DNA from: Malacoraja senta
Taxonomy: Eukaryota
Assembly (NCBI GenBank): GCA_038087875.1
Contig: CM075998.1
Coordinates: forward strand, 6,636,001 to 6,700,000
DNA: 64,000 nt
Direction: 5' to 3'
A model generated the notes under the pieces. That model was not told the origin of the DNA and did not search any database. It saw only the letters and a program-made list of their open reading frames with translations. Positions 61,582 through 64,000 of the stretch are shown here, piece after piece; position 1 is the stretch's first letter; the number at the start of each line of letters is the position of its first letter. A program made the position numbers and the translations under genes.

Positions 61582-63010
61582 CAAAGATATTGTGAAGCCT
61601 TGCAGCGCAGGTCTCTTTACCCTCGCGACATGTTGATGCACTTTGCAAGCTGTCACAAATCAGCAAACTGCTCAGAATAATACATTGATTTCCATTTTTG
61701 CTTAGTTGATGTCACTTAATACATTTGTTGAGTCCCTGGCTTTTGAGGCAGATCGAGGTCTTGAAATTGTATCTTGAAAGATAAAAGGAACAGCACAGTG
61801 GATAGATGGTAATGTGGGAAGATTTATGGTACCACTGATGGTAGAATTCAGGCCACGGACTGGTGTCTTGGGTAATGGAACCTGCCACACTAATACATGG
61901 CAGAATTGCTTGTGCTCTGCAGAGTACAGACATTTAACGCCTTGTCTATCCTGTACTGCGCTTACTCTATGAATGATAGATGGGACAGTATAGAGGGGAA
62001 AAAGCGAATGAGGAATGATCCCGATGCAAAAAGCCGCCTGTCCATTTCCCTCCACAGATTCTGCCTAACCCGCTGAGTTCATCCAGCACTTTGTTCCTGT
62101 TCAAGATTCCAGCATGTGTGGTCTCTTATGTCTCCAGTATACAGGGAGCTTTACTTTGTATCTGACTTATGGTATCCCTTCCCGAGGAATATGAGAGGGG
62201 TTATTTATCCAAATCATGCCATCCCTGGGAACACATAAAGGTGACCATGTAGAGAGACCTTTACTCTGTATCTAACCTATGAGACTCCTGTCCTGGGAGC
62301 AGATGATGGAACAGCGTCAAGGGAGGTTCACTCTACATCTGACCTGTACTGTCTCTGCCTTAGTGGAAAAACAGTTGCACTCTGTATTAAACCAGTGCTA
62401 TATACCTGTCATGTGAGAGTAACTTGTGTGTGGTATGATTGCTTTATGTATGGTATTGCCTGCTTGGATAGAGTTTTTCACCAAGAATGTGGAGTACAGA
62501 TTTACCAGGATGTGACGTGAAATGGAGGGCATCACAAGGAGAGATTAGATAGGTTGTGTTTCTTCTCTCTGGAGCACATGTTACAGAGGTATATAAGATT
62601 ATGAGGGCGTAGATAAGGCAGGTAATTATAATCTTTTCCTGGATGTGGAGTCTTAAACTAGGGGGCTTAATTGAAAGGAGTTGATGGGTGGTGGCCATGC
62701 TGTTGGGGACACTGATGCAGGACAATGGGATCAGTGTGGGCAGGCACCATGGTCGCATGAGCACATTGTGTCTGTGTCTGTCTTGTGCAGCTCCATGACT
62801 CTCACAAAGAAGCCAAGTTTTTGCACATTGAGCCCAGGAAAATCAATCTGTAGGGATGTCATTCATCCTTGATGTCAATCAGCTCCCAATGTCTGTACGT
62901 CGATGGCCAGTAGCATTGCTCCCTCCCTCCCTCCCCTCACCCCTCTCCCCCACCTGCCCTGGAGAAAATACATTGACAAAGTATTTGATAACTTTCCATT
63001 TCCCTTTTAG

Positions 63011-63068
63011 GATTACCCCAAAAATCGGCATCCTGGCTGGAGTAGAGGATCTGTGGCCTATCATGCAG
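63011..63068 (+). CDS. SPRYD3: Internal coding exon (58 bp, phase 0 to phase 1) of SPRY domain-containing protein 3
   Basis: Acceptor tttccatttcccttttag, donor gtatga. Translates to DYPKNRHPGWSRGSVAYHA(D), matching the recalled vertebrate SPRYD3 second SPRY domain. Neighbouring exons not found in the window. Confidence 0.92.
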
Positions 63069-64000
63069 GTATGAAACTATTCTCACATTTTGGGGCATCT
63101 AAGCCACTTTCTATAACTGTTATCAGGTCTGGGGTAGTATCTGGTGTTTGCCCCTTTGAATCGCAATGTTCATAATGCACTGTGTTTGGTGATTATATCG
63201 ACTCATTTTCTTCTTCCCAAATGCATACCCCTGCAATGTAAACGGATCCATAACACCTTCTGATGGTGTTTCAAGCCAGTGGATCTCTCTCGGTGGGAGA
63301 AGGAACATTTTCACAAAAGTCAAAGAAGATGATTGTTAATGACAAGCGTTTTAATATATGACATAACAGAGAAGAGGTATGCAGATTTTGAATATATAAC
63401 AAGTGGGGGGGGGGGGGGGGAGGAGTGAAGAAAGTGGGAGAAGGGTGTGGGTAATGAGAGGATACCTGAGTAAAAGAACATTGTTGATGGACACAGTGCA
63501 TAATCTGGATTAGTTTGGCATGGAGCAGATTGGGAACGTTGTAGAGAATATGAGATAGATGTGTCAGGGATGGGAGAAAGGGCTATGTAGTCATTCACAA
63601 ACCAGAACAGAGGTCTCAGGAGTAGGGACTATGCTGAGGCACATTTTACAATCTAACCAAAGCTTAAAGAGATAAGAGGAAACAATTAAAATTAAAAAAA
63701 CTGTAAAATGTGGGCTTTGGGAGCAGATTGAGATTGGTGTTGTCGAGGTTGGTTGTGGCAGGATTGATTGGGAGTCGAATGTTGTAACTGAGGTGTGCAT
63801 GTAGCTGCAAGTAGCCTCGTGCCTTAATGAAACAAGAGGAGTGGTTGTAGCTTGGAATAGTCAATGTCGCAAATCTGGGCCAAAGCTTTTTGTCAATAGG
63901 AACCACATTTGTGGTTTAAAGTATAAGGGGAGAGGTATAGGAGTAATGAGCAAGAAGAGATTTTTTTTCATATCAGTTCAGTGACTATTGAATAGCATCT

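Overview
Vertebrate genomic DNA. The repeat content (V-SINE/HE1-like SINEs, CR1 LINEs, Penelope-like elements, Rex1/Babar, Tc1) suggests a cartilaginous fish, probably a skate or ray; this is inference. The only host coding sequence I can support is one 58-bp internal exon of SPRYD3 (63011-63068, +; DYPKNRHPGWSRGSVAYHA). The rest appears to be one very large, transposon-saturated intron with nested insertions. It holds more than 25 Penelope pseudo-LTR fragments with minimal hammerhead-ribozyme cores, a Tc1 hit twice by Penelope elements, many CR1 and Rex1 fragments, an internally deleted Gypsy, two TIR DNA-transposon families with apparent 5-6 bp TSDs, and head-to-tail arrays of non-autonomous Helitrons. 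There are two 200-N gaps, one flanked by a probable false duplication. Most interesting observations: (1) intact hammerhead cores lie almost only antisense to SPRYD3; (2) Helitrons appear to nest into each other's TCTA|TA 5' ends; (3) a non-autonomous retroposon family has covarying RNA hairpins; (4) there are microhomology-primed and templated insertions. All calls were made by eye without database searches, and repeat boundaries are approximate unless a TSD or terminus is quoted.
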